The position numbers and the translations under genes are program-made. From Actinomycetota bacterium (GTDB lineage: Bacteria; Actinomycetota; Geothermincolia; Geothermincolales; RBG-13-55-18), in NCBI GenBank assembly GCA_015711955.1, contig JACVJK010000001.1:2966-66965 (forward strand): a stretch of 64,000 nt of DNA. The letters are read 5' to 3'. Shown piece after piece: positions 8,254-17,900 of this stretch (position 1 is the first letter of the stretch; each line of letters begins with the position of its first letter). A model generated the notes under the pieces. The model was not told where the DNA came from. It made no database searches and saw nothing but the letters and a program-made list of their open reading frames with translations.

Positions 8254-9656
8254 TCACCGACTTGCGCGTAGCAGCGCCTACCACCCGATTCTCGCAAGAT
8301 CCTGGGTATCTCCAAGGCGCACTGGGATATATCCCCCGCTCCCATCACCACCACCAGGTCTCCCGGCCTCAAGAATCGAGTGGCGGACTCTCCCACCCTC
8401 GCCCTCTCCGGGACGAAAATGACCTGACATTCCGGTTTTTCTTCCAGTAGTGCGTCCAGCACAAGCTTGGAGCTGATCCCGGGCATCGGCCTCTCCCCCG
8501 CCGGATATATCTCGGTGAGGACCACCAGATCCGCCTCCCCTAAGGCCTGTCCCAACTCCTTCCATAGGACAGAAACCCTGCTGTAGCGGTGGGGCTGAAA
8601 AAGACACACCACCCGACGGAACCCCTGCTGCCGTGCGGTCTTGAGCACCGCCCGGATCTCGGTGGGATGATGAGCGTAATCGTCGACGAACCTGATATCC
8701 ATCACCTCGTCCACGACCTGAAACCTGCGGCGGACACCTCGAAAATCCGCCAGCGCCTCGGCGACGGCGCTGAAGCTCACCCCCAAGGTCATGGCGGCAG
8801 CTGCGGCAGCGGTGGCGTTTACCACATTGTGCAAGCCTGGAACCCGAAGCCGAATCTTTCCTGCCGGCCGTCCCCGCTCCCATAATTCGAACATGCTCCC
8901 GCCCGCTACAACCTCCACCTCCGCATACCGGTAATCGCATCCCTCTCCCTCCCCGAAGGTGATGACGCGGCAGCGGCAAAACCTTCCCAACTCCCGGCAC
9001 GCCGGGTCGTCTCCGGAGAGCACCGCAAATCCATCCGGCGGGATGGAGGCCACGAATCGGCGAAAATGCTCCTTGAGGATATCCTCGTCTGGGTAGAAAT
9101 CCGGGTGGTCAAGCTCCACGTTGGTGACCACCGCCGACCAGGGGTTGAGGAGCAAAAAGGACCCGTCGCTCTCGTCCGCTTCCGCCACCACGTACTCGCC
9201 CCGTCCGGCGTAGGCGTTGCTCCCCACGTCGTTCAACTCCCCTCCCACTATGTATGTGGGATCGAGGCCTGCCCTTCTCAGGATCATGGCCAACATGGAG
9301 GTGGTGGTGGTCTTTCCGTGGGTTCCGGCCACCGCGATGCCTTTCCCTTCGCCCATCAAACGGCCCAACATCTCCGCCCTTCGCAAGACCGGAATCCCCC
9401 GCCTGCGTGCCTCCACCAATTCGGGATTGTTCTCGGGGATAGCTGAGGAATAGACCAGCAAACCACATCCGACCACGTGCGAGGGGCTGTGGCCGATGAA
9501 GATCTCCGCCCCCAGCTCCCTCAGACGTGCGGTGTAACGGGATTCCTTGAGATCCGAACCGCTGACCGGCACTCCCCTTTCCAGCAACACCAAAGCGATG
9601 GCGCTCATGCCTGCACCACCGACGCCCACCAGGTGAACGCGACCATCCCTTTTCAT
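8250..9656 (-). CDS. murC: UDP-N-acetylmuramate--L-alanine ligase
   Basis: VHLVGVGGAGMSAIALVL...GTHGKTTTTSML Mur ligase motifs. 468 aa. It occupies the conserved murC slot after murG. Confidence 0.9.
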   Translation of the reverse strand: MKRDGRVHLVGVGGAGMSAIALVLLERGVPVSGSDLKESRYTARLRELGAEIFIGHSPSHVVGCGLLVYSSAIPENNPELVEARRRGIPVLRRAEMLGRLMGEGKGIAVAGTHGKTTTTSMLAMILRRAGLDPTYIVGGELNDVGSNAYAGRGEYVVAEADESDGSFLLLNPWSAVVTNVELDHPDFYPDEDILKEHFRRFVASIPPDGFAVLSGDDPACRELGRFCRCRVITFGEGEGCDYRYAEVEVVAGGSMFELWERGRPAGKIRLRVPGLHNVVNATAAAAAAMTLGVSFSAVAEALADFRGVRRRFQVVDEVMDIRFVDDYAHHPTEIRAVLKTARQQGFRRVVCLFQPHRYSRVSVLWKELGQALGEADLVVLTEIYPAGERPMPGISSKLVLDALLEEKPECQVIFVPERARVGESATRFLRPGDLVVVMGAGDISQCALEIPRILRESGGRRCYAQVGE

Positions 9657-10789
9657 GGACTGCCCCCTTTGGCGACCTCCAGGACCAGACGGGCGAGGGC
9701 TGATGCCGCATCGGGTATCCCCCTTTCGGCAGCCCTCCTCCTCATCTCCATCAACCTGGAACGGTCGGCCATGAGTTCCTCGACCATCTCCCTCAACTTC
9801 CTTCCCGAAAACTCTTCATCCCAGCAGATCACTGCCGCCCCCGCTTCCGCCAGTACCCTGGCGTTCTCGGCCTGATGGCCTCCTGCATAAGGATAAGGAA
9901 CCAGTATCGAGGCACATCCGTAGGCCGCCAATTCAGCCACGGTGCTGGCGCCCGCCCTGCATATCATGAGATCGGACACCCTATAAAGCAAGTCCATCCT
10001 GGCGACATAGGGAAAAGGCCGGTAAAGGATCTTCCCTATGGCTTCCGACGCAAAGTTAGACATCTCCTCGTAATCCCTTTCCCCCACCGAGTGGACTACC
10101 TGAAGGTCGTTTCTTTCCTTCCAAAGTAACAGGGCCTCCCTCACCGCTCGGTTGAGGGTCCTTGCGCCTTGGCTTCCCCCCACCACTCCCAAGGTAAACC
10201 TCTCGTCCTCCAAGTCGAAATGCTTCAAGGCCTCCTCTCGCGTCTCTTTTCCCGGGGGTCGCAGGAGAGGATTTCCGGTCACCACCGCCTTTTTGCGCCA
10301 TGAGGGGCTCCACGAGAGCGTCTCCGGGAAAGACAGGGCACATCTCGTGGCCCATCTCGCCAACAGGCGATTGGCCCTGCCCGGTACCACGTTCTGTTCG
10401 TGGATCACGAGAGGGATTCTCAAAGAGAGGGCGGCCAGCGCCGGCGGCACTGAGGCGTAACTGCCGAAGGCCACCGCCACCCGCGGGCGCCCCCTCCGCA
10501 TTTCGCCCATGGATTTAAAGAAGGCTTGCGCATAATCTGACAGCGCGCCTATGCCGCGGCCTCTGGACCTGAGAGGGGCAAGGGAAAACCTGACCACGTA
10601 TCCAGGGAGGTTCTCGCCAGCCTGGTATGTTTTGCCGCAGAGGAAGGTCATCACCTCCACGCCCTCATGCGATTCCAGCTCCTTGGCCAGAGCGGTGAGG
10701 GGATGGACGTGCCCTCCCGTACCTCCTCCTATCAAGGCCACCAGCAACGCGACGACTCCTCCTTTCGATACCTCCCGATGACATGCCAT
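9653..10789 (-). CDS. murG: UDP-GlcNAc:lipid I N-acetylglucosaminyltransferase MurG
   Basis: GGTGGHVHPLTALAKEL glycine-rich loop and GT28 fold. The start is uncertain: candidate Met or GTG starts overlap the ftsW 3' end. Confidence 0.88.
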   Translation of the reverse strand: MACHREVSKGGVVALLVALIGGGTGGHVHPLTALAKELESHEGVEVMTFLCGKTYQAGENLPGYVVRFSLAPLRSRGRGIGALSDYAQAFFKSMGEMRRGRPRVAVAFGSYASVPPALAALSLRIPLVIHEQNVVPGRANRLLARWATRCALSFPETLSWSPSWRKKAVVTGNPLLRPPGKETREEALKHFDLEDERFTLGVVGGSQGARTLNRAVREALLLWKERNDLQVVHSVGERDYEEMSNFASEAIGKILYRPFPYVARMDLLYRVSDLMICRAGASTVAELAAYGCASILVPYPYAGGHQAENARVLAEAGAAVICWDEEFSGRKLREMVEELMADRSRLMEMRRRAAERGIPDAASALARLVLEVAKGGSP

Positions 10790-12026
10790 GGGCCCTGTCC
10801 GCATCCCGGGCCACGCTCACCAAAAGTCCCACCATGGTGAGGCAGGTGACCAAGCTGGACCCTCCGTAGCTCATGAAAGGAAGGGTCACACCGGTGATGG
10901 GGAAGATGGCCACCGAGGCGCCCATGTTCACCAGTGCCTGAACCCCCAGGCAAGCGCAGACGGATCCTCCCACCAGTCTTCCCAATCTGTCCGGGGCTTT
11001 GGAGGCTAGCCACAGGCCTGCCCCCAAAAGCGCCAGGAAAAGGAAAAGGATGACAGAAGTGCCTAAAAAGCCCCATTCCTCCCCGATTATGGAATAGATG
11101 AAATCGGTATGGGCGTTGGGCAGGTAGAAGAACTTCTGCCGCCCCATGCCCAATCCCAAGCCCTTAAGCCCGCCGGATCCGAAGGCGATCATGGATTGGA
11201 TATATTGGTACCCAGTCCCCCAGGGATCCCTCCAAGGATTCAGCACCCCCAGAATACGGTTCATCTGGTAGGTTTTCACTGACACCGAGACCAAGAAGAG
11301 CAGGCCGCCCAAGGATAGGATCAGGAGGAGGTATCGGATGGGGGTTCCCGCCAAGAAGAGCACGGCCAAAGCGGTGAAGATCATGATCATGGCGGTGCCC
11401 AAGTCGGGTTCTTTGGCCACCAAAATAGCCATGACCAAGGCCGTTCCCATGAAGGGAACGAAAACGTCCTTCATGGTTCGAGGCCTTCCCCTGCCCAATG
11501 CGAGACAGCCGAAGAGCACCAGGGAGAGTTTGGCGAACTCCGATGGTTGAATCACTAGAGGTCCCAGTTCCAGGAAACGACGAGAACCGTAAACCTCCTT
11601 GCCAAACAAAAGCACCACAACCAGCAGAGCGACGCTGGTCATCACGAAGAGGGGCGAAAGCCGTACCAACCTCCGATACCCCATACCCGCGGTCAAAAGC
11701 AGGAACGCGATCCCGACCGCCAGCCATAAGAGCTGCCTCAACACGTAGTAATAGCTACTCCCGTGCTCCACGAAAGCCGTTCCGGAGCTGGCGGAGAATA
11801 TCATGACCGCTCCCAGCAACGACAGGGTCAGGGCGATACCCGTCACCAAGAAGGAGATCCCGTGGATCCTGAGAGAGGATTCTGGGCTTCTCAGCCGCAG
11901 ATTACCGTCTACGGTGCAATCGCTCTCCCTCGATGGGTATCGGCTTCCGGGCCGGCGATCGCCCCGCAAGGAAGGTCCCGACCCCCTTCCCCGTTCGGGG
12001 AAAGGTATGACCTCCCTGGAGCGCAT
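10665..12026 (-). CDS. ftsW: SEDS-family peptidoglycan glycosyltransferase FtsW (could be RodA or SpoVE by family)
   Basis: Multi-transmembrane SEDS core (PSEFAKLSLVLF...GTGYQ...PEAHTDFIYS-like NAHTDFIYSIIGEE). Start set at the internal Met just after the murD stop. The listed ORF start at 12128 would add an Arg/Pro/Ser-rich tail that overlaps murD. Confidence 0.85.
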   Translation of the reverse strand: MRSREVIPFPERGRGSGPSLRGDRRPGSRYPSRESDCTVDGNLRLRSPESSLRIHGISFLVTGIALTLSLLGAVMIFSASSGTAFVEHGSSYYYVLRQLLWLAVGIAFLLLTAGMGYRRLVRLSPLFVMTSVALLVVVLLFGKEVYGSRRFLELGPLVIQPSEFAKLSLVLFGCLALGRGRPRTMKDVFVPFMGTALVMAILVAKEPDLGTAMIMIFTALAVLFLAGTPIRYLLLILSLGGLLFLVSVSVKTYQMNRILGVLNPWRDPWGTGYQYIQSMIAFGSGGLKGLGLGMGRQKFFYLPNAHTDFIYSIIGEEWGFLGTSVILFLFLALLGAGLWLASKAPDRLGRLVGGSVCACLGVQALVNMGASVAIFPITGVTLPFMSYGGSSLVTCLTMVGLLVSVARDADRAHGMSSGGIERRSRRVAGGLDRRRYGRARPSPHRSGQGAGIA

Positions 12027-12039
12027 GGCCCTTCCCGGC

Positions 12040-13536
12040 TCAAGTCGAGACGTTCTTCCCATCCTGGCTCTCCTTCCTCCATCTTTCCACCAATTCCTGG
12101 AAGTGGCGACCCCGGTGCTCGTAACCACGATACTGGTCGAAGGAGGCGCAGGCCGGGCTCAAAAGCACCGCCTCTCCTTCTTTAACGCTCTCCCGAAGAT
12201 GTTGGAAAACCTTCTCCAGGCCACTGAATACCTCTACTGGAGCCGGGGTGCCCGCTCTGCTCAGGGCTTGTCGTATCTCCTCCGCCGCCTCACCGACGAG
12301 CAAGACTTCCCGGACCATCCCCGCGGAGGCCCTTTCCGAGACCTCCCGGGCGAGCTCCTCGAATCCCATGGCCTTATTTCTACCTCCCAATATGAGGTGC
12401 ACCGGTCGGGAAAAAGCCCGCAGGGCTCGCAAGGCGGCGTGCGGGTTGGTGGCCTTCGAGTCATCGTAGAAGTCCACTCCTCGAACCTTGCCCACCCACT
12501 GCAATCGGTGGGGTAGCCCTCGAAAATCACGAAGTCCCTCCGCCACCTTTTCGGGGTCTCCGCCCATGAGAATCCCCGCCGCCGCAGCAGCCATGTAATT
12601 CTCCAAGTTGTGATCCCCGGGTAAAGCCAACTCAGACCTCCTCACCAAGGTGAAGGCACCCTCTTTCCCCCTAACCTTCACGCATTCATCCTCCAGGTAC
12701 ACGAAGGCTCTCTCGTCACCCCGCAACGAGAATCCCCTCAGAGTTCCTGCCTTACCTTCAGCCGCCCTGCAGCAGAGGGGATCGTCCAGGTTCACCACGA
12801 CGAAATCGTCTTCCCGCTGGAAAGCCCATATCCGAGACTTGGCCCACAGATAGTCATCCATGTCCCGATGCCAGTCCAGATGATCCTCCCCCACGTTGAG
12901 TAGCACCCCCACCCGGGGCCGGAAAGTCTCTACGAAGTAGAGCTGGAAACTGGAGGCCTCCACCACCAAGATCTCCCCCTCCTCCGCCTCCAAGGCAGCT
13001 CTTACCAGGGGATATCCTATATTCCCCGCGGCCCTGCACTTACCCACGGCGCGCGAGATCACCAGTTCCGTCATCCTCACCGTGGTGCTCTTTCCGTTGG
13101 TCCCGGTGATCGCCACCACCGGGCCTCGCGCGAGCCTCCATCCCAACTCCAGCTCGCTCCATATGGTCAAGCCCCGCCGTCTAGCTTCCACAAGAAGGGG
13201 ATTGGATGGGGGCACGCCCGGACTTGTCACCAATAGTTCCACGTCATCCAGGAGCTTTAAGGGATGGCCCCCCAGCACCACCCGACATCCCAGTGCCTTA
13301 AGCGACTCCAGAGTTTCTTTGTCTATGGAGGGGGCGCTGTCGTTGGCCACCACCTCCACCCCCATCCTGGACAGCGCCTCGGCGGATGCCACGCCCGACT
13401 CCCCCAGACCCAGGACTAGGACCTTTTTGGCTTCTCGTAAGCCTTCCGGACGGGGGAGACAATCCTCATGACGATAACCTTTTGACCTGTACCTCACCCC
13501 TTCAGGCCTGAGGCCTTCGTTCCCCTCACAGATCAT
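12040..13536 (-). CDS. murD: UDP-N-acetylmuramoylalanine--D-glutamate ligase
   Basis: KKVLVLGLGESGVASAEAL N-terminus and GTNGKSTTV P-loop. The ATG at 13536 shares one base with the mraY stop codon (TGATG). The listed ORF extension to 14121 overlaps mraY in another frame and is rejected. Confidence 0.85.
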   Translation of the reverse strand: MICEGNEGLRPEGVRYRSKGYRHEDCLPRPEGLREAKKVLVLGLGESGVASAEALSRMGVEVVANDSAPSIDKETLESLKALGCRVVLGGHPLKLLDDVELLVTSPGVPPSNPLLVEARRRGLTIWSELELGWRLARGPVVAITGTNGKSTTVRMTELVISRAVGKCRAAGNIGYPLVRAALEAEEGEILVVEASSFQLYFVETFRPRVGVLLNVGEDHLDWHRDMDDYLWAKSRIWAFQREDDFVVVNLDDPLCCRAAEGKAGTLRGFSLRGDERAFVYLEDECVKVRGKEGAFTLVRRSELALPGDHNLENYMAAAAAGILMGGDPEKVAEGLRDFRGLPHRLQWVGKVRGVDFYDDSKATNPHAALRALRAFSRPVHLILGGRNKAMGFEELAREVSERASAGMVREVLLVGEAAEEIRQALSRAGTPAPVEVFSGLEKVFQHLRESVKEGEAVLLSPACASFDQYRGYEHRGRHFQELVERWRKESQDGKNVST

Positions 13537-14618
13537 CAGGCGCTCCCCCCCACGTAATTCAGGTAAAAGAGAATAAAGCCCAGGCCCACGAAAAGGCCCT
13601 GCACTATCCAGAGCCTCACCAAGACCGTCACTTCCGACCACCCCCCCAACTCGAAATGATGGTGTATGGGGGACATACGGAATATCCTCTTGCCGCTCAG
13701 CTTGAAGAAAAGGACCTGCAATATCACCGATAGTGCCTCCAGCACGAAAAGTCCGCCCAACAAAACCAGGAGGAGCTCGGTCTTGGTGAACACGGAAACC
13801 GCGGCCAGGGCCGCCCCCAAAGCAAGCGAACCCGTATCGCCCATGAAAATCCTGGCGGGAGGCGCGTTCCACCAAAGGAATCCGAGGCAGCCACCCATGA
13901 GGGCACCGCAGAATATCGCCACGTCCAAAGGCGCGTTCACGTGATGGTAGAGGAAGCGGTAGTTCCTGAACTGGATGAAGGAGATTAGTATATAGGCGGT
14001 CATGACCAGTATCATGGATCCAGCCGCAAGCCCGTCCAGCCCGTCGGTGAGGTTGACCGCGTTGGAGGCACCTACCACCATCAGATAGACCAAGAGAAAA
14101 TACAGGGGGCCCAAGTCGCACAGCACATTGTCAGAGCGGAAAAGATACAGCTTGGTGTCCACGCCTAAATGGGAAGTGGCCAAATAGGCCAGGGCCACGG
14201 AGACCACCAGTTGCCAAAACAGCTTGGTCCTCCCCCTTATGCCCAGGGACCGTGCCTGGCGAAGCTTGGAGAGATCGTCGGCAAAGCCCAAAAGCCCGCA
14301 GCAAACCAGGGTGAAACAGAGGGCAAAACCCACCCCCGCCTCTTTTCTCACCCCGAACAGCAGATAAGAGGCCACGGTGGCCAAGACTATCAGGACCCCT
14401 CCCATGGTGGGCGTGCCTTCCTTGACCATGTGCAGTTGAGGACCGTCCTCCCTGATGTATTGGCCTATGCCCCTCCTGCGCAGCCATCGGATGAAGGCGG
14501 GCATGGGCAGTATGCTGAGGGCGAGGGCCAATATCATGGCCTCCAATACCCGATACAATCGACCCTCCTTTCTCGCGCGACCCCGATCACTCCGAACGAT
14601 CTCCCTTTCGCATACCAA
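13536..14618 (-). CDS. mraY: Phospho-N-acetylmuramoyl-pentapeptide transferase
   Basis: Ten-transmembrane MraY family (GFADDLSKL, NAVNLTDGLDGLAAG, HHHFEL motifs). The true start may be the internal MILALALSILP. Confidence 0.9.
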   Translation of the reverse strand: MVCEREIVRSDRGRARKEGRLYRVLEAMILALALSILPMPAFIRWLRRRGIGQYIREDGPQLHMVKEGTPTMGGVLIVLATVASYLLFGVRKEAGVGFALCFTLVCCGLLGFADDLSKLRQARSLGIRGRTKLFWQLVVSVALAYLATSHLGVDTKLYLFRSDNVLCDLGPLYFLLVYLMVVGASNAVNLTDGLDGLAAGSMILVMTAYILISFIQFRNYRFLYHHVNAPLDVAIFCGALMGGCLGFLWWNAPPARIFMGDTGSLALGAALAAVSVFTKTELLLVLLGGLFVLEALSVILQVLFFKLSGKRIFRMSPIHHHFELGGWSEVTVLVRLWIVQGLFVGLGFILFYLNYVGGSA

Positions 14619-14705
14619 TCCAAGAGAGGACCACGCACAAAGGTGTATTTTATTTCAGCGAACCGCGGCTGCCAAAAACACTCCCGAAACCGCGTTTCCC
14701 GTGCT

Positions 14706-16100
14706 TCAAGCCACCATGGTGGGCAGTCTGTGAAGTCCGAGAAAGTGAGAGCCCTTCACCAATACCACGTCCCCCGGCTCCATGATCGCCCGAAGAATCT
14801 CCGCCGCATGTTCGGCGTTTCGGGCGGTGAAGACGCTTCCCCTGGGAAGCCCGGCCTCTATGGCCGCCCTGGCCGTCAAGCGGGCCTTGCGACCCACGGT
14901 GATGAGGACGTCAGTACCGCACTCCACCGCAAGCCTTCCCAGCTCCCGGTGGGCGTCTTCGGAATACTTTCCTAACTCGGCCATGTCCCCCAACACCGCT
15001 ATCGCCCTCCGGTCACTAGCTAGGCCAGCGAAGGTCTCCAGAGCCGAGCGCATGGAGGCCGGGTTGGCGTTGTAGGCATCGTTGATGACCGTCACCCCGT
15101 TCAAAGTTTCTATCATCTCCATCCTCCCCTTGCTCACCTCTGCTTCCTCCAGCCCGTTCACGATATCCGAAACATCGGCACCCCAATGGAGGGCCACGGC
15201 GCAAGCCGCCAAAGCGTTGGGCACCAAGTGCATCCCAGGAAGTGGCAACGTTACTTTGGCCGCCTCCCTGCCGTCAATCACCAACATGAAAGATGGCCTC
15301 CCCCTGTCGTCGCTGGCTATTTCCTTGGCCCTCACGTGGGCTTTTTCGGAGATCCCGAAAAAGGCCACAGGAGCTGAGCTCCTTTTTACCAGAAATTCCC
15401 GAAAATCATCCTCATACGGGAGAACGGCTAGACCTCGGGGCGGGAGGGAAGCCACCAACTCCGACTTGGCCTCAGCGATCCCTTCCCTGCTCCCGAAAAA
15501 CTGTAGGTGCGCCCATCCTATATTGGTAATTATTCCCACTTCAGGTTTTGCGTATTTACAAAGTTTACCAATATGCCCCTTTCCCCTGGCTCCCATCTCC
15601 AAGATCAGATAATCGGTATCTTCGCTCGCAGAGAGTATGGTAAGGGGCATTCCAACTTCGTTGTTATAACTGGCTGGCGAGGCCACGGCCTTGCCCACCC
15701 TACGCATTATGGAAAGGAGAAAATCCTTGGTGAGCGTCTTCCCGCTTGACCCAGTAATACCGGCTACCCGATAGCTCCCCATTTCCCTCTGGGCAGCCCC
15801 CAGACGTAGCAGGGCAGTTTGGGTGCCGTTTACCCTCACTAAACCCGCTCCGAGAGACCGCGCCCTCGCCAAGACCTCGTCGTTCCACCGGGATACCAGC
15901 AAAGCTTTTCCGCCCTTCTCCAGAGCCTCCACCAGAAAATCATGAGCGTCGTATCTTTCTCCCTTCAAGGCCACGAAAAGCTCTCCGCCCTTCATGGTCC
16001 TGGTGTCGGTGGAGACAGATGTGATCAGCGCGTCCGGATCTCCGAGAACCAACCTCCCCTTCACGGCTCTCGCGATCTTCCCCAACCTCATGGGGATCAT
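14706..16100 (-). CDS. murF: UDP-MurNAc-tripeptide--D-alanyl-D-alanine ligase
   Basis: Mur ligase with GITGSSGKTLTKD P-loop. 464 aa. Conserved murF position between murE and mraY. Confidence 0.9.
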   Translation of the reverse strand: MIPMRLGKIARAVKGRLVLGDPDALITSVSTDTRTMKGGELFVALKGERYDAHDFLVEALEKGGKALLVSRWNDEVLARARSLGAGLVRVNGTQTALLRLGAAQREMGSYRVAGITGSSGKTLTKDFLLSIMRRVGKAVASPASYNNEVGMPLTILSASEDTDYLILEMGARGKGHIGKLCKYAKPEVGIITNIGWAHLQFFGSREGIAEAKSELVASLPPRGLAVLPYEDDFREFLVKRSSAPVAFFGISEKAHVRAKEIASDDRGRPSFMLVIDGREAAKVTLPLPGMHLVPNALAACAVALHWGADVSDIVNGLEEAEVSKGRMEMIETLNGVTVINDAYNANPASMRSALETFAGLASDRRAIAVLGDMAELGKYSEDAHRELGRLAVECGTDVLITVGRKARLTARAAIEAGLPRGSVFTARNAEHAAEILRAIMEPGDVVLVKGSHFLGLHRLPTMVA

Positions 16101-16163
16101 GGCGTCCTATCCTCCGATCCTATTCACTTCCATCTATCCCTCAAACTCCTTTCAAGCTTCTCC

Positions 16164-16174
16164 CCATGACGTCA
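16164..16174. promoter_or_regulatory. CCATGACGTCA palindromic motif (TGACGTCA core) in the 235-bp murE-murF gap
   Basis: Seen in the sequence. The same CCATGACGT core occurs twice in the ftsZ leader repeat and as CCATCACGTCG immediately upstream of mraZ. Confidence 0.25.
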
Positions 16175-16335
16175 AGCCGGTCGCTTTTTTTGCGAGGCCA
16201 ATCCTCGTCCCTAAAACCCACGGAGTTTTTCGCATCTCAGGTTCCCATCCCTTTCAGAAACCATATTTTCCAAACATCTCCTCATGGGCCGTCTTTTTTT
16301 ACTTATTCCACTTCTCCGCGGCCACTCCCTCCAGC

Positions 16336-17838
16336 TTAGCCCTCCGTTTTACTCGCTCTCATCCTCAAGGCCCTGGAAGCCTCCAATGCGTCATCGAAGG
16401 GCAAGGCCCGATCGGCAAACACCTGGTATCTCTCGTGGCCCTTGCCGGCGATGAGCACCACGTCTCCTCTCTTTGCCTCCATGACCGCCCAAACGATGGC
16501 ATCCCTCCGGTCGGGGATCACCACGTATTCTCCCGCGGCGCCGGCATCCCGGATGCCTTGCAGGATGTCCTCGATGATGGCCAATGGGTCTTCGCTCCGG
16601 GGGTTGTCGGAGGTGATGACGGCTAGGTCGGAACCCGTCACGGCGATCCTGCCCATCTCCGGCCTCTTGCCCCGATCCCGGTCACCGCCGCAGCCGAACA
16701 CCACCAGCACCCTCCCCTCCGCCATCTCGCGGCAAGCCTCAAGGGCCCTCTGCAGCGAGTCGGGGGTGTGTGCGTAATCCACCAGCACGGAGAAATCCTG
16801 GCCTTCATCCACTTTCTGGAATCTACCCTCCACGCCAGGAAATTCCAGAACAGCCTGGAAGGCCTCGTTCAGGTCCCAGCCCAACACCGCCGCAACCCCC
16901 ATAGCCGCCATGAGGTTGTACAGATTAAAGCTTCCTGTCATCCTGGACCAGCCCTTGCCCTTCCATCCCCGGTATTTCATCTCCACCAGCAGTCCCCGGG
17001 AATCCGACTTCAGTAACTTCCCCATCAGGTCGCAATCCTCATCGCAGCCGTACACCAGAAGCTCTGCCTCGGTCGACCGGAGGAGCCTTCTTCCCCAGGG
17101 ATCGTCCCCGTTTATCACCGCCGCCTTTGGCTCCAAGCCCCCCTTTTCCGACGGGAGGAACAAACGGGCCTTGGCGGAGAAATAGCTTTCCATGTCTACG
17201 TGGAAGTCCAAATGATCGCGGGTCAGGTTGGTGAAGACCGCCACCCGAAATTCGCATCCGTCCACTCTTTTTAGGAAAAGAGAATGGGAAGACACCTCCA
17301 TGGCCGCCACCTCACAACCGGCATCGACCATTTCCCGCAAAAGCCTCTGGAGATCCACCGATTCCGGGGTGGTCCTTTCCACCGGAAACTCCTTGCCCGC
17401 TATCCTATACCGAACCGTGCCCAATAGACCCGCTCGTAGGCCCAGGGCTTCTGCCATCCTCTCCACCAGAAAGGTGGTGGTGGTCTTGCCGTTGGTGCCG
17501 GTGACGCCCACCAGCTCCAACTTCCCCGACGGATGACGGTAAAAACGGTCGCTCAACAGGGCCAAGGCTCGTCGGGTATCCGGCGCGCTTATCACGGCTA
17601 CTCCGCGGGCGACTTCCTGGGATGGCTCCCTTCCCTCCCGGACCAGCAGGGCCGAAGCCCCTCGGCGCAAGGCCTCGGGAACGAAGTCGTGACCGTCCCT
17701 GACATAACCCTCGATGGCGGCAAATAGGTACCCCGGTCTCACCTGTCCGGAATGATAGGCCAGCCCCGAGATGAGCGTGCGGGGGTCCCCCTCAAACCGG
17801 ATGGATTCAATGCCCCTCAGCAAGTCCTCCAGGGGCAT
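16336..17838 (-). CDS. murE: UDP-MurNAc-L-Ala-D-Glu--2,6-diaminopimelate ligase (DNPR motif suggests meso-DAP type)
   Basis: GVTGTNGKTTTTFLVERM P-loop, DYAHTPDSL, and ITSDNPRSEDP (meso-DAP-type DNPR motif). Start set at the internal Met MPLEDLL because the listed ORF start overlaps ftsI. Confidence 0.9.
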   Translation of the reverse strand: MPLEDLLRGIESIRFEGDPRTLISGLAYHSGQVRPGYLFAAIEGYVRDGHDFVPEALRRGASALLVREGREPSQEVARGVAVISAPDTRRALALLSDRFYRHPSGKLELVGVTGTNGKTTTTFLVERMAEALGLRAGLLGTVRYRIAGKEFPVERTTPESVDLQRLLREMVDAGCEVAAMEVSSHSLFLKRVDGCEFRVAVFTNLTRDHLDFHVDMESYFSAKARLFLPSEKGGLEPKAAVINGDDPWGRRLLRSTEAELLVYGCDEDCDLMGKLLKSDSRGLLVEMKYRGWKGKGWSRMTGSFNLYNLMAAMGVAAVLGWDLNEAFQAVLEFPGVEGRFQKVDEGQDFSVLVDYAHTPDSLQRALEACREMAEGRVLVVFGCGGDRDRGKRPEMGRIAVTGSDLAVITSDNPRSEDPLAIIEDILQGIRDAGAAGEYVVIPDRRDAIVWAVMEAKRGDVVLIAGKGHERYQVFADRALPFDDALEASRALRMRASKTEG

Positions 17839-17900
17839 CGGCCGCTCTTTTCCCCGTTTCAGCTCGCCCCTCTCGGAATCCCTCACGGGCCTCACCACCC

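Noticed and set aside
12027-12128. Extended ftsW start at 12128 giving a ~100-aa Arg/Pro/Ser-rich N-terminus that overlaps murD
   Set aside because: An internal Met just downstream of the murD stop gives a conventional gene junction. The extension is low-complexity and overlaps murD coding sequence.
13537-14121. N-terminal 195-aa extension of the murD ORF listed in the ORF table (12040..14121)
   Set aside because: It overlaps mraY in another frame. The MurD-typical N-terminus (KKVLVLGLGESG) begins just after the ATG at 13536, which shares a base with the mraY stop. The extension is read-through of a stop-poor GC-rich frame.
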